This document shows positions 11,308-23,109 of a stretch of 64,000 nt of DNA, in pieces; position 1 is the first letter of the stretch, and every line of letters begins with the position of its first letter. The translations under genes and the position numbers were made by a program. Source of the DNA: Mizuhopecten yessoensis. Its lineage: Eukaryota. The stretch covers positions 997,580 through 1,061,579 of the forward strand of contig NW_018408761.1 in assembly GCF_002113885.1 (NCBI RefSeq). Direction: 5' to 3'. Below the pieces are notes generated by a model. The model saw nothing but the letters and a program-made list of their open reading frames with translations, was not told the DNA's origin and did no database searches.

Positions 11308-12033
11308 GTATATAGGTTACACCATCATATCACATACACACAGCTGTGGGATACCCCAACTAACACTTCAGTCCTGACAGATCACATTTAACGCTCTGAA
11401 CTTTTGAAATCACTATGAAATATTCTGAGATAACAATTGTCTTCTGATGTCAATTCAAGTACGCACTCAGGTGTTCAAAGATTTCAAATATCTTGTGATA
11501 TTATGTCCTAAACAATTATGTGTCTTAGGCCCCTTTCGTGTATCCGGTTGAACCTGAAAGAAAACGACAGGCGCAGATCTGAACCAAGGTTGACCTCCGG
11601 AATATTTGGCACGTGTAGATTGTGGGTTCCAGAGGTGCCTGACCGAAACTAAAATGCTGACTATTTTTAGTTTGCATTATTTCTTTATAAAACAAGGTCA
11701 ACCCACATATAGATTTTAAGCTACGTTATATAATTTACTTGACGCGTGAAAAAAGAACATATAATTCTAGATGTATTGTTTTCTGTTCTCCGAAACTGCA
11801 TTTTTAGCTCCACCTTCAGTTCGGTCCAAGTGCATTTGTTTATGGTGGAATATTTCTGGGCCACCTGAACCGTTTAGACTCGTATACACAAATGCGACCT
11901 TAATCTATATGTCTTGAATTCTCGAGGATTAAGCTTGTAATCTGTCCATGCTATAAGAAATGAGTACAGAATGAATAAAAAAATAACATTTTTTTGGCCG
12001 TAGCTTGTTAATGACATCCTAGGTGTGAGTGAG

Positions 12034-12164
12034 GCGACAGACTGGTCCGATGAGGCAACAACCAATGCCAAATATAGAGCTCTTCGATGTCATGTGACCA
12101 GTCTGGATCAATCATCAAAAGAGTTCCAAAATGTGTCTGAAATGGTGACAAGTACATCGGAAAG
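12034..12164 (+). CDS. PARP4: PARP4-like exon 8 (5' boundary ambiguous: 12023 or 12034)
   Basis: ATDWSDEATTNAKYRALRCHVTSLDQSSKEFQNVSEMVTSTSE. The AKYRALRC motif is shared with vertebrate PARP4. Donor AAAG|GTTTGT, phase 2. The strong acceptor CATCCTAG| (exon start 12023) fits only a weak phase-1 donor at 11302. The phase-0 solution uses a weak GAG| acceptor (start 12034). Confidence 0.65.
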
Positions 12165-12885
12165 GTTTGTAATGAGGTTTTTTCCTGAATAAAATAAATA
12201 CCACTAGAATCCATTATATTATTTCTAAAGTCAATCAGTTTGTGCAAGGCTGATTAGAAACAAGTTGAGTTTTGGTGATAACCTACCAAAAATATCAAAT
12301 TTTCTTCACCTTTTATAATACCAGCTCTCTGTGTTTTCTCGACAGTCTCCACTTATGGATGTGTCAATATCTAAATCAAACATTTTCTCTTCTACCTCTT
12401 TTCATTAATTTTTGCTTTAATTATTTGCCTGTTCTATGACTGTTTTGACTCTCCTTATGCCTTTGTGAAATTAATAGCCCATTAAAATCACATCATTCAA
12501 TAAATCAGGAGTCCTTTATTAAACCTGAAAAACTTCTATTAAGGCACTCTCTGCTTTAATTCGGCTGTTGATAGGACGTTAAACATACTAAACCAAACCA
12601 AACCATTGTGAAATATTTTTTTCATTAGAATACTATTATTCCAAAAGCAGATATCATCACTAACTTATCTGTCATTCCATACCATTATTGTGTGTGTTTC
12701 ATTGTTGGACAGGGAATAAAAAGTTGTGTATAGTTGCTAAGAAGTAAATACACCACTTAAAAGTACTTTTTTCGAGGACTTAACTTGGATTCACATTTGA
12801 AAATTCCTCGTAGTTACTTATAATGTGAAAACTTTTAGAAGAAATTAAGGTGTTCTTTTCGTAACCAAATTTTCCTTGTCCTCAG

Positions 12886-13014
12886 TGTTGAGGTGAAGAA
12901 TATCTACAGTGTCTGTCGCACATTGGAGGAGCTGGAATTTCAGTCGGACATTGGAAATGTAACCTCACTGATGCACGCATCTTCCACACATAACTTCCTA
13001 GGAATAATGTCTAG
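12886..13014 (+). CDS. PARP4: PARP4-like exon 9 (PARP catalytic, His)
   Basis: Acceptor CCTTGTCCTCAG|. (S)VEVKNIYSVCRTLEELEFQSDIGNVTSLMHASSTHNFLGIMS. Donor TAG|GTGAGT, phase 2. Confidence 0.9.
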
Positions 13015-13199
13015 GTGAGTTTATCATGCTTTACTATATTGACACAAGGACAAGGTAGCTAAAATCATGTCAAATCATATTTTCACCTAGGTAACCTTTT
13101 TAAGTTTTTGAGAAAAGTTTTGTATGACAAACTTTATTTTCTACAAAAAGAAAATATGAATTGAATGGCAATGGTATCCTTTAATTTTTTCCAATTTAG

Positions 13200-13298
13200 G
13201 GGTTTGTTGCTGCCGAACCTTGTGGAAAGCTCATTTGGGGTCACCCGAACAGATAGAGGCATGCTGGGATGTGGAATATACTTCTCTAACTCTGCCAG
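13200..13298 (+). CDS. PARP4: PARP4-like exon 10 (PARP catalytic, Tyr)
   Basis: Acceptor TTCCAATTTAG|. (R)GLLLPNLVESSFGVTRTDRGMLGCGIYFSNSA (compare vertebrate RGLLLPKVVEDRGVQRTDVGNLGSGIYFSDS). Donor CAG|GTAATT, phase 2. Confidence 0.9.
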
Positions 13299-13845
13299 GT
13301 AATTAATGATTGAATATTAAGTCAGAACCATTATAAACATAATTGCATAGGTTTTTATTTATAAGTAATTACGTCTCAATATCATGTGTAAAATTATATT
13401 GGACACAAACAGTAACATCTACAGTTGCCCTGGGTAACCGATGTTGTGCAACATCTCGAGAAAGTTGTCTGTTGCTGTTGGAATATTGCTAGACTATATT
13501 ATTCTCTATGTAATTTTATCTGCTATATATGCATGAAGTTACTGATAATGATAATAATAAAACTACTCTGATATCTAGAGATATAGATACAATCAAATTT
13601 CAGTATCTGATTCTGTTTTCTAAACTTGATCATTCTCACCTTTCTGAAATTATTTAAATGTAATTTCGAATTATTGAACAAAATTTAATTATGTCTATAG
13701 TTAATATCTTAAGAAATATATACAATATACTTTCAGACCTATATCTATAGCTGACAGTGAAGATACAAAGGAAACATTTCAAATAATCAATCTTTGTCTG
13801 TAATGATTTGATTGTAATGTCTAATGCACTTTCTCTGTCGTACAG

Positions 13846-14029
13846 CACTTGTTTAAAGTACTCCGTTCCGAGTCCCATCTATGGGTGTCGCCTTCTCCTG
13901 GTATGTGAGGTGGCACTGGGCCGACAGTGTCCTTACACAAGTACTGACTACTCCCTCACAGCATCTCCCACTGGTTACCATAGCACCCATGGGGTCAAAA
14001 GGTCATCTGATGTCAACAGTCACTTTGAG
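13846..14029 (+). CDS. PARP4: PARP4-like exon 11 (PARP catalytic)
   Basis: Acceptor CTCTGTCGTACAG|. (S)TCLKYSVPSPIYGCRLLLVCEVALGRQCPYTSTDYSLTASPTGYHSTHGVKRSSDVNSHFE. Donor GAG|GTCAGT. Confidence 0.9.
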
Positions 14030-14403
14030 GTCAGTATGATATTTGATGTTAGTATGATATTTTATCTCAATCAGATGAGGTACAATTTACCTCTAACCTG
14101 TAAGCAAAATAATGATTATGTTTTTTTTCTATCATTCTGCTCAATTATGTTTTTTGGAGTCCCCTACTAGTACTAAGTGAAGGACTAAGATAGGTTTGCA
14201 ATTCATCTGTCCATCTGTCTGTCCTTTATGGGACCCTTTGCTTTTACTTCAAACCTTTAACTACAAATGTAGGACTAAATTTGTTCTTTGACCATGGAAA
14301 TGATAGTTCAAGTTATTCTTATATATTTAACTTTTTGCCTTTTATCTGGAAAATATCGGTTAAGATATTATCCTTGAATGTCTGTCCTTTAATTGTTGAC
14401 CAG

Positions 14404-14563
14404 GATGATGAGTTTGTGGTGTACAGTCCGAGACAACAAAGGATCCGGTATGTGGTGGAGTTTTCTCTCCCTGAGGATCCCAAGGTGGCCGTCCCCTCGC
14501 TCAGCCTCCAGTCTGACAAAGACACCGAAAACGAAGACCTCTCCAGCAACCTAGCTGATATTG
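14404..14563 (+). CDS. PARP4: PARP4-like exon 12 (PARP catalytic, Glu; end of domain)
   Basis: Acceptor TTGTTGACCAG|. DDEFVVYSPRQQRIRYVVEFSLPEDPKVAVPSLSLQSDKDTENEDLSSNLADI. Donor ATTG|GTAAGA, phase 1. Confidence 0.9.
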
Positions 14564-14645
14564 GTAAGAGCTATATTTTTTACCATTTTTTCTCTTTTGG
14601 TCATCTAACAAATAGCAGTCAGGCACATATTTAACCCTTGTCAAT

Positions 14646-16213
14646 TTTTTAGGTCACCTGGTTGGATTTTTTTCAAACTTGGTCAGAATCATCCTTGGTA
14701 GATGAGGCTACAAAATTGTAAAATTGGGATTCCTACCCCAACCCCTGGGGCCAGGGCGGGGCCCCAAAGGGAAAATTAACCAATATTTCAAAAATCTTCT
14801 TCTTCAGACTCAGAGGTACTACATTTTCTCTACACGAAAAGAAAGATCATCAGTGGCTTTACTTAAATTGTAAATTTCAGGACCCCCAAGCTATCCGTTC
14901 TCCCTTGGGGAGGGGGTAAAGTTTACTATAGTTTATATAGGGAAATAACACTTTTGGGTATATTTTGACAACTTTCTGTAGGAAATTATTTTTACTTGGT
15001 GAGAATTATCCTTGGAGGTAGATGGTTTCAAATTGTAAAATTGAGATTCCTACCCCGACCCCTGGGGCCAGGGCGGGGCCCCAAAGGGAAAATTAATCAA
15101 TATTTCAAAAATCTTCTTCTCCAGACTCAGAGGTACTACAGTGATTTTCTCTACGTGGAAAGAAAGATCATCAGGGGCTTTACTTAAATTGTAAATTTCA
15201 GGACCCCCGAGCTATCCGTTCTCCCTTGGGGAGGGGGTAAAGTTTACTATAGTTTATATAGGGAAATAACACTTTTGGGTATATTTTGACAACTTTCTGT
15301 AGGAAATTATTTTTACTTGGTGAGAATTATCCTTGGAGGTAGATGGTTTCAAATTGTAAAATTGAGATTCCTACCCCGACCCCTGGGGCCAGGGCGGGGC
15401 CCCAAAGGGAAAATTAATCAATATTTCAAAAATCTTCTTCTCCAGACTCAGAGGTACTACAGTGATTTTCTCTACGTGGAAAGAAAGATCATCAGGGGCT
15501 TTACTTAAATTGTAAATTTCAGGACCCCCGAGCTATCCGTTCTCCCTTGGGGAGGGGGTAAAGTTTACTATAGTTTATATAGGGAAATAACACTTTTGGG
15601 TATATTTTGACAACTTTCTGTAGGAAATTATTTTTACTTGGTGAGAATTATCCTTGGAGGTAGATGGTTTCAAATTGTAAAATTGAGATTCCTACCCCGA
15701 CCCCTGGGGCCAGGGCGGGGCCCCAAAGGGAAAATTAACCAATATTTCAAAAATCTTCTTCTCCAGACTCAGAGGTATTACAGTCATTTTCTCTGCATGG
15801 ATGGAAAGATCACCAGGGGTTTTATTTAAATTGTAAATTTCAGGACCCCCGAGCTATCCGTTCTCCCTTGGGGAGGGGGTAAAGTTTACTATAGTTTATA
15901 TAGGGAAATAACACTTTTGGATATATATTTTATCCATTTTCAGCAGAAAATTACTCAAACTTAGTCAGAATCATCTTTGGTGAATGAGAGTATTACTTTG
16001 GGAATCCTGTCCCATCCCCAGGGGCTAGGGCGGGGCCCCAAAGGGAACATTTACCAATATTTTCAAATTCTTATCCTTTGATGTCATGACAAGTATTGTA
16101 TTTCACTTAGTTTACATGCTGATTTCCACTTCACATCTAAACAATAAAATAAAGCTACCAGTACCTATGATATAACTCAGGTGACCGCTAAGGCCCTTGG
16201 GCCTCTTGTTTTT
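14646..16213 (+). mobile_element. Composite non-autonomous element, family B, with internal 321-bp tandem array
   Basis: Head TTTTTAGGTCACCTGG (14646). Tail CTCAGGTGACCGCTAAGGCCCTTGGGCCTCTTGTTTTT (ends about 16213). Lies in intron 12. Confidence 0.7.
14680..16080. repeat. 321-bp tandem repeat, about 4.3 copies
   Basis: Two identical 63-codon ORFs and one variant copy start at 14996, 15317 and 15638, an exact 321-bp spacing. Partial diverged copies lie at both ends. Confidence 0.95.
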
Positions 16214-18305
16214 AAATGAATTGAAAAAACCTATACCATCAAACCTCATTAATCAAGTCTCTTTGGTTCTAAAATATTTTCCAGATTATTATACCCTAGT
16301 CAACTAATCGTTGAGGGTATATAGGGATCTGCCCGTACATTTTTTCATCCTACGTACATAGGTGTCCCAAATGGTGTCACTGCTCTACAGACTTCATTTC
16401 TTATTTGTTTTTCACAAAATTTTACACACATTTTGCAAACATCATTTCTTATTCAAAAAATGGTAGTTTCTACTTCTGCTTAGCGCTCAGCATTTTGGAA
16501 GTGGGACAACTGATTCGCCCAATGTCAGTATAATGTGACCGGGTGAGGTGTCCTGTTGGATGTCTTCGGTAGAATGCTTTAGTGCGGTAGTACTATAAAG
16601 TTGACATCAGTTCGCGCTATCACAAGAGGACAAACACGAACATAACACTTCACGCATGCATCTCGCACACCACAAAAATATATGCCGTCTCATCCCTGAT
16701 GTCGTGTATAATGTCGTGTATACACGACAATTAAGAGACTTTGGTGTTACCTGCCTTATTTTTAGCTAGTAATTGCACACGAAAGTCGCGTAATCAAATT
16801 AATTGTCGCTAAAATCACCACCCACTATTTGGAAAAAAAAAAAAATTTATAGGTGCAGGGTACACATTTTTCATCATGTGACCTATTGTTTTCAAATTTC
16901 CCACAAGATTTTTGCATTTACTGGTCTCCAACATACACAATATGGCGGCGACTTAATTCGGTACGAACACTCGTAATATTATCACTAATTATGTAATGAG
17001 ACTTTTGGAAGTAAATAGGAATATTATGTACAATAGTTGTTATATATGTACCAAAGAAAGGAAGCTATCTGGATACGCCGCAGTGGGCCAGTTCTAAATC
17101 GAGACGAGGGGGCTCAAAGACTCTCACGTCTATGACCAAGTGTTAACAAAGCGTAGCTGAACTGAGTCATTTCGGTACATATATAACAACTATTGTACAT
17201 ATACGTTTCCAGCGTAGCCGAAATCGACATAGATTTTATGGATAACTCGTACACATTTTACACCTTTGTGTGCATATGCTTCATTGGTCATTTGTCTGAT
17301 GAAGGTGACAGTGTACATATCGTACTAGTCATCGAAACGTCACATAGAAAATGTTATTGGTTGTGTAAAAAGAACTTCTCATAATCCATACTTACCAACC
17401 TGATTTTTTTTTTTAGAAAAAACAAAAGGAATCATATTGTTCGTGCCGGACAAATGTCGATTTCTCATTCATAATCAGTTGCAAGTTAGTCATAATGCTT
17501 CAGAAATGAAGATGTGTATGTCTTTAAACAATTCCATAAAACAGTAACAACATTTGTTCACGGTTACCTGTTTATTTCTTGCAGCAGTTACACCTCGTCT
17601 TAAAAGTACATTAATAATCCGCCATTTTTTTATATGTGCGGGGGCGATTTTAGTAAGGACATCGGATACGGAATCCGGACTGGAGTTGCGGTACGGAAGT
17701 AGTTAAACAATACAAACCAAACCTTATCCGATTGTCACGAAACTTCACACACCATAGACCATTTGATTAGGAATCTGCTGGGTTATTAATCTAACAGACT
17801 TTTATCACTATTCTAGTATTTATTGTAAGATTGACCACTTCAAAACTGTAATACAGATTTTTAATTCACACTTCTTAAAACCATTTATAATGAAGTGTTT
17901 TTTGGAGGAATCTGTATAGTTTTAATGAGCAACTGTTCAAGCTGTAAATTGCTTTCAATTTCATTTTTTCTCTGTTAATGAAATGAAGTTCATCTATAGT
18001 GGACATGGCTTTAAAATTTACAAATCGCATTCAAGATTAGATATTAGACAAATTTTGTTTACACAGAGAACTGTTGATTTATAGAACAATCTTCCGTCTA
18101 ATGTTGCCGGTTCAAGCATAGTTAAACAATATAAACAATAAGATGAACACTGGCAACACCAAATGCAGAAATACAGTGTTGAAGAAAAAATCGAAATCTT
18201 AATGTCAAAACTTGTGAAATATGTTTTTATTAAAATATTTTTTATTTAAGAGCTGACTATCAAAGGATTGTAAAATCCTAATTTTTCAACTAACCAATTT
18301 TTCAG

Positions 18306-18433
18306 ACATATCTGATGTTAAAGACCTTCCAGACCCTCTCCAGAAAGTCCCTGGGGGCCTGATTGGGGGTAAAAAATCAGTACCTCTCAAGTGTGTCCAT
18401 ATCAGGGCCAGTATGCTGGACATGGTGGCTAAG
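18306..18433 (+). CDS. PARP4: PARP4-like exon 13 (linker / start of VIT)
   Basis: Acceptor CAATTTTTCAG|. (D)ISDVKDLPDPLQKVPGGLIGGKKSVPLKCVHIRASMLDMVAK. Donor AAG|GTCAGT. Confidence 0.75.
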
Positions 18434-18652
18434 GTCAGTGAAATGCCAGAAACATCTGTGTTAAAAGTAAATCCATAGTTTTACAGATCAGACCTCTGTA
18501 AGTAATAAGTGAATGGTTTAAGGTTGGTCCATAAATATGAGGAGATGGAGTTGGTAGGTACTAATCTTTGTGTCCCCACCTGCTGCAATTAGTTTTTTGC
18601 ACAATTTCTGTCTTACTCTGATCTGTAAATTCTTTGGATCATTTAAATCAAT

Positions 18653-19404
18653 GGGCAGGTGAGCTAATGCCATGGCACAGCGTTCGTCGTTCTTCGTCCA
18701 TCCATCCATCAACTTTTCCTTTAAAACACTACTTGTCCTGAATGGCCTAGTAGATTTTGACTAAATTTGGTCTGGAGCATCTTTAGGCTAAGGGGACTCA
18801 ATGTTATATAAATGGTGGGTGTGGACTCCCTTGGGGCAGACGGGTGGGGACGAATAGGGGAAATTGAGGTAAAACATTTAAAATCCTTCTTCTACCATAG
18901 CAATTAAGGGATTATATCTTAATTTGGTCTGGAGCATCCTTGGACTAAGGGGACTCAATGTTGTATAAACGGTGGGTTTAGACCCCCTTGGGGCAGAGGG
19001 GTGGGGCCAAATAGGGGAAATAGAGGTAAACTTTTAATATATTTCTTTTACCATAGGGATCAAGGGATTTCATCCCAATTTATTTTTGGAGCATCCTTGG
19101 GCCAAGGGGACTCAATTTTATATAATTGGTGGGTTTGGACCTCCCTGGGGCAGAGTTGCATCACCCAATAGGGGAAATAGAGGTAAAAAACTTTGAAATC
19201 CTGCTTATACAATAGGGATCAATGGATTTCCGGGTGAGGCCTCTCTGGGTGCTGAGAGTTGCGGGGCCAAATAGGCAAAAGAGAAATTCGAGGTTTTAAT
19301 CTTTAAATTCTTTCTTCTTCTCCATTGGAGGGATTTTATGTAATAAAAATAATTTCCCATTATTGCTTTATTATCCAGGTGAGCGATACTGGGCCTCTTG
19401 TTTT
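18653..19404 (+). mobile_element. Composite non-autonomous element, family A (5'-truncated), with internal approximately 150-bp units
   Basis: Begins inside the head motif (GGGCAGGTGAGCTAATGCCATGGCACAGCG). There are 4 units of GGTCTGGAGCATCCTTGG.CTAAGGGGACTCAATGTT.TATAAA.GGTGGGT..GGAC.CCCTTGGGGCAGAG.GGTGGGGCCAAATAGGGGAAAT. Tail TCCAGGTGAGCGATACTGGGCCTCTTGTTTT. Confidence 0.6.
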
Positions 19405-19424
19405 ACTTTCAATTATCAACTCAG

Positions 19425-19590
19425 ATACATACAAACACTGTTAATGTTTTATCACAGATTCATACAAACACTGTTAATGTTTTATCACAGATACATACAA
19501 ACACTGTTAATGTTTTATTACAGTTACATACAAACACTGTTAATGTTTTATCACAGATACATACAAACACTGTTAATGTTTTATCACAAG
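19425..19590. repeat. 33-bp tandem repeat, 5 copies, 19 bp upstream of the exon 14 acceptor; each unit ends in a pyrimidine-rich ..TTTTATCACAG
   Basis: ATACATACAAACACTGTTAATGTTTTATCACAG five times. It explains the repetitive N-terminal part of track ORF 19363-19752. Confidence 0.95.
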
Positions 19591-19608
19591 AACTACTCTT
19601 TGTTCCAG

Positions 19609-19735
19609 GTTGTGGTTCTCCAGAAATACAGAAATGACAACGACTCGGCGATCGAGGCCAAGTACATCTTCCCACTGGATGACACAGCAGCTGTTTGTGG
19701 GTTTGAAGCATTCATTAATGGAAAACACATTGTTG
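19609..19735 (+). CDS. PARP4: PARP4-like exon 14 (VIT core)
   Basis: Acceptor CTTTGTTCCAG|. VVVLQKYRNDNDSAIEAKYIFPLDDTAAVCGFEAFINGKHIV, near-identical to the vertebrate PARP4 VIT core. Donor GTTG|GTGAGT, phase 1. Confidence 0.95.
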
Positions 19736-20030
19736 GTGAGTCATACATTTGATTATTAAAAACATTTTAAGATAAACATGGTCTGCTTATTAACAGTGTC
19801 CAGAGATTTTAATAATGTTTTGAATCAGGACTGTAGGATTGTACATTTTAATTAGTTGTATTAAACTCTATACCATATCAATGTGAAGCTAGTGAGACAT
19901 GTTTGCCAGCACTTTGTGGGCAAGATTTTGAGTGTCTTAAATATCATACTGAATTCTACACAAATGGTAAATAACTAATTATTGTATGAAAAAGAAAATT
20001 ACCAAATTTTGTGGACTGATTCGTTTTCAG

Positions 20031-20122
20031 GTAAGGTGAAGGAAAAGAAGACTGCCCACAAAGAGTACAAGGAGGCTATCAGTAAAGGACATGGTGCCTA
20101 CCTCATGGATGAGGAGGAGCCG
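20031..20122 (+). CDS. PARP4: PARP4-like exon 15 (VIT)
   Basis: Acceptor TCGTTTTCAG|. (G)KVKEKKTAHKEYKEAISKGHGAYLMDEEEP. Donor CCG|GTAAGA. Confidence 0.95.
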
Positions 20123-20570
20123 GTAAGATTATATAAACACCCATAACTGTCAACCCCTGCCTCATTAGGAGGAAGACCTCCTCATTTTGACCAAAATTTA
20201 CCAATTTCCCTCATTCAAGTCCAAACTCACACAAACGCAAAATCTACATCCTGTGGTCAAATGATCTCCTAGTTACTGCAGGGCGGTTGAGACGATCCTA
20301 ACAGGTATGTGTGAATCAAATGAAGTTTTTTTGGAGCTTATTTATTTGATGCATTAAAAGGGGAAAATAAATTGAGCAAATCAGTTTCTGTCATGTTTCA
20401 CACACTTTCCCCCTCGTTTGAAATGTGGAATGAGAGATCCCTGTCATTGGAGGTTTCAGAGGCTGACACCTACAAATACAGGGCAGACTTTTGTGTTCAT
20501 TCATGAGTCGTGGTGTATTTTGTTTTAATTGAATACTGTAAACATACACATTTTGGCAAACTTTTGATTT

Positions 20571-21494
20571 TTTAACTCACCTGCCCGAAGGGCAAGTGAG
20601 CTTATGCCATGGTGCGGCGTCCGTCGTCTGTCGTCCGTCTGTCCGGCGTCAACTTTTTACTTTAAACAACTTCTTTTCAGTAACCAAAAGGCCTAGGATG
20701 ATGATATTTGGCCAGTAGCATGCTGGGATGAAGGGCTACCAATTTTGTTCAAATGAATGACCTTGACCAATGTTCAAGGTCACAGGGGTCAAATGTCTTT
20801 AAATATTCAAACAACTTCTGCTCAATAACCAAAAGGCCCAGTGTACTGATATTGGGCCTGTAGCATGCTGGGATGAAGGACTGCCAAGTTTGTTCAAATG
20901 AATGACCTTGACCAACTTTCAAGGTCAAAGGGGTCAAATGTCTTAAAATCTTCAAACAACCTCTTCTCAATAACCAAAAGGCCAATGGAACTGATATTAG
21001 GCCTGTATCATGCTGGGATGAAGGGCTACCAAGTTTGTTCAAATAAATGACCTTGACCAACTTTGAAGGTCACTGGGGTCAGATGTCTTAAAATCTTCAA
21101 ACAACTTCTTCTCAATAACCAAAAGGCCCACGGTACTGATATTGAACCTGTAGCATGCTGGGATGAAGGACTACCAAGTTTGTTAAAATGAATGACCTTG
21201 ACCAATTTTCAGGGTCACAGGGGTCAAATGTCTTTAAATCTTCAAACGACTTCTTCTCAATAACCAAAAGGCCCAGGGTACTGAAATTGGACCTGTAGCA
21301 TGCTGGGATGAAGGACTACCAAGTTTGTTCAAATGAATGACCTTGACCAACTTTCAACCTAATGTCCTTGTTTGACAATCAAGGTCACAGGCATCATATG
21401 TTTAAATCTTTTAATAGGTTCTTATGAAATCTTATGATTACAAGTGTGAGATTAATACCAGGTGAGCGATGCAGGCCCATTGGGCCTCTTGTTT
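20571..21494 (+). mobile_element. Composite non-autonomous element, family A (ends TTAACTCACCTGCCCGAAGGGCAAGTGAGCTTATGCCATGG... / CCAGGTGAGCGATGCAGGCCCATTGGGCCTCTTGTTT), with internal approximately 120-bp units
   Basis: There are 6 units of ..AACAACTTCTTCTCAATAACCAAAAGGCCCA.GGTACTGATATTGGGCCTGTAGCATGCTGGGATGAAGG.CTACCAAGTTTGTTCAAATGAATGACCTTGACCAACTTTCAAGGTCACAGGGGTCAAATGTCTT. The termini are inverted (AGCTCACCTG / CAGGTGAGC). Confidence 0.7.
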
Positions 21495-21954
21495 AATGGA
21501 CTAATCCATTGATGAATGGGCACATCAACCAAATAAACTTCAATTTAGTGCAATCATAAAATTACACTAAGAAGCACTAAAATGTGAAATTACTGCTAAA
21601 ATATGTTCATTTCCAGTATCTTATAAAAAAATAATTAATTCAGGCGACATATTGCTCTTATTCCTTTTGCAAGATCTAATTAATTCCGAATTATCCTTGG
21701 GAGTAAGTTGTTGAAAAAAACAATCATGAAAAGAAGTATTTACAAAATTTAATGCTTTACAGTTTTTGTCTAAACATTGTCTGTAAACCTGAACCTTAAG
21801 TAGGTAGGAAAATCAAATTGTATTACAGATTTGCCGAAGCACTGTTTAAAAAAAGAATTCCTGAATAAATAGACTTTTCCCAGGAAAAGAATTTACGTTC
21901 TAAATCTGAAGATGAGTTAGAAATATGTCAGTGATTTTTGTCTTTGTATGACAG

Positions 21955-22119
21955 GATGTGTTTACAGTTAGCGTGGGTAACTTGCCACCTAAGTCAGATG
22001 TCCTGATCAAGATTACCTATATCACAGAGCTACAGGTGGAGGGAGAGAGCATCGCGTTCAGAGTGCCAGCCTCTGTTGCTCCATGGGTCAAAGATACAGC
22101 ACTGGCACAGCAGACTCAG
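21955..22119 (+). CDS. PARP4: PARP4-like exon 16 (VIT)
   Basis: Acceptor TTGTATGACAG|. DVFTVSVGNLPPKSDVLIKITYITELQVEGESIAFRVPASVAPWVKDTALAQQTQ. Donor CAG|GTGAGT. Confidence 0.95.
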
Positions 22120-22647
22120 GTGAGTGGTTCTCTTGTATAGAGATAATTTCAATATATGCTGTCCAAATTATCTTATTACAGCACATGGACTTAGGTACTG
22201 GTATATGCAGTCAGCTTACCTTGATGCCTCATACAAATGTGATGTACTTTTAAGAAAGTTTATTATCTCCAGTCTACCACAGAGCTTTATACCAGAATAG
22301 TCCATCAGCTATAACTCCCAGCCGTAGGTTCTTTGTTACAATGCATGTAAAAGACATCTGTAGAGGTTGATATCATTACTGAGGCTGCTTACTTCAAGAG
22401 TGACTAATGAGATGAGCAACATATGAAATATGTAGAAAGCTGCTGTCCTTACGTTTGTCTTGGGAAAGTTTTATATTCTATTTACTTTAAAGCAAATATA
22501 GCTTGTTCACAATATCAGAAAAAAAATGTTCCGACTCTATCGACCAACAAATTTTAAGTCTGGAAGCAGTCACATCTTTGAAAATATTTTTTCATATCTA
22601 AAAATTTAACATAAAAAGTATTACAGATGTTTATTTAACTTTTCAAG

Positions 22648-22770
22648 GTTGACCTTGACACACTCAAGATCCAAGATGGTGGAAGGTCATCACTGTCACT
22701 ACAGGTTTCCATGGAGATGCCTTTTGATATACGCAATGTTATGTCACCAACGCACCTGGTCAAATACAAG
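22648..22770 (+). CDS. PARP4: PARP4-like exon 17
   Basis: Acceptor AACTTTTCAAG|. VDLDTLKIQDGGRSSLSLQVSMEMPFDIRNVMSPTHLVKYK (compare vertebrate ..SFSLTMSIEMPYVI..). Donor AAG|GTAAAT. Confidence 0.85.
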
Positions 22771-22974
22771 GTAAATATTGTAGATAGAGCTGTCATACCT
22801 TTAAATACAAGGGAAATTCCCATTGGGATTAAGATTTTGTTTTGTTATATGAAAGTGAGGTTAGGTTTTTATACTTAATATGTAAAACCGATTATATAGC
22901 TTACTTACCATATTTCCAAACTATCATACATCTCTGGTGTAATTTTACGTACATTGGAATACTTTTTTGAATAG

Positions 22975-23109
22975 AAAACAGCCACAAAAGCCGTAGTAGA
23001 GCTCCCAAGGAATGCCCGACTGGACGATGGTTTTATTCTCCTGGTCACCTTGGCTGAAATCCATGTACCCCGTATGTGGGTGGAGAGACATCCAACCAAG
23101 GGCAGTCAG
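22975..23109 (+). CDS. PARP4: PARP4-like exon 18
   Basis: Acceptor CTTTTTTGAATAG|. KTATKAVVELPRNARLDDGFILLVTLAEIHVPRMWVERHPTKGSQ (compare vertebrate ..YLPRMWVEKHPEKESE). Donor CAG|GTAAGT. Confidence 0.9.

Noticed and set aside
14996-15829. Three 63-codon ORFs, two identical and one variant (MVRIILGGRWFQIVKLRFLPRPLGPGRGPKGKINQYF...), at 14996, 15317 and 15638
   Set aside because: They are copies of one 321-bp tandem repeat unit inside a mobile element in intron 12. The 'conservation' is repeat identity, not selection. There is no splice context and the peptide is low-complexity.
19363-19608. N-terminal part of ORF 19363-19752 (repetitive IQTLLMFYH units) as a possible extension of exon 14
   Set aside because: It is the translation of the 33-bp intronic tandem repeat. 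The homology to PARP4 VIT begins exactly at the CTTTGTTCCAG| acceptor (19609).
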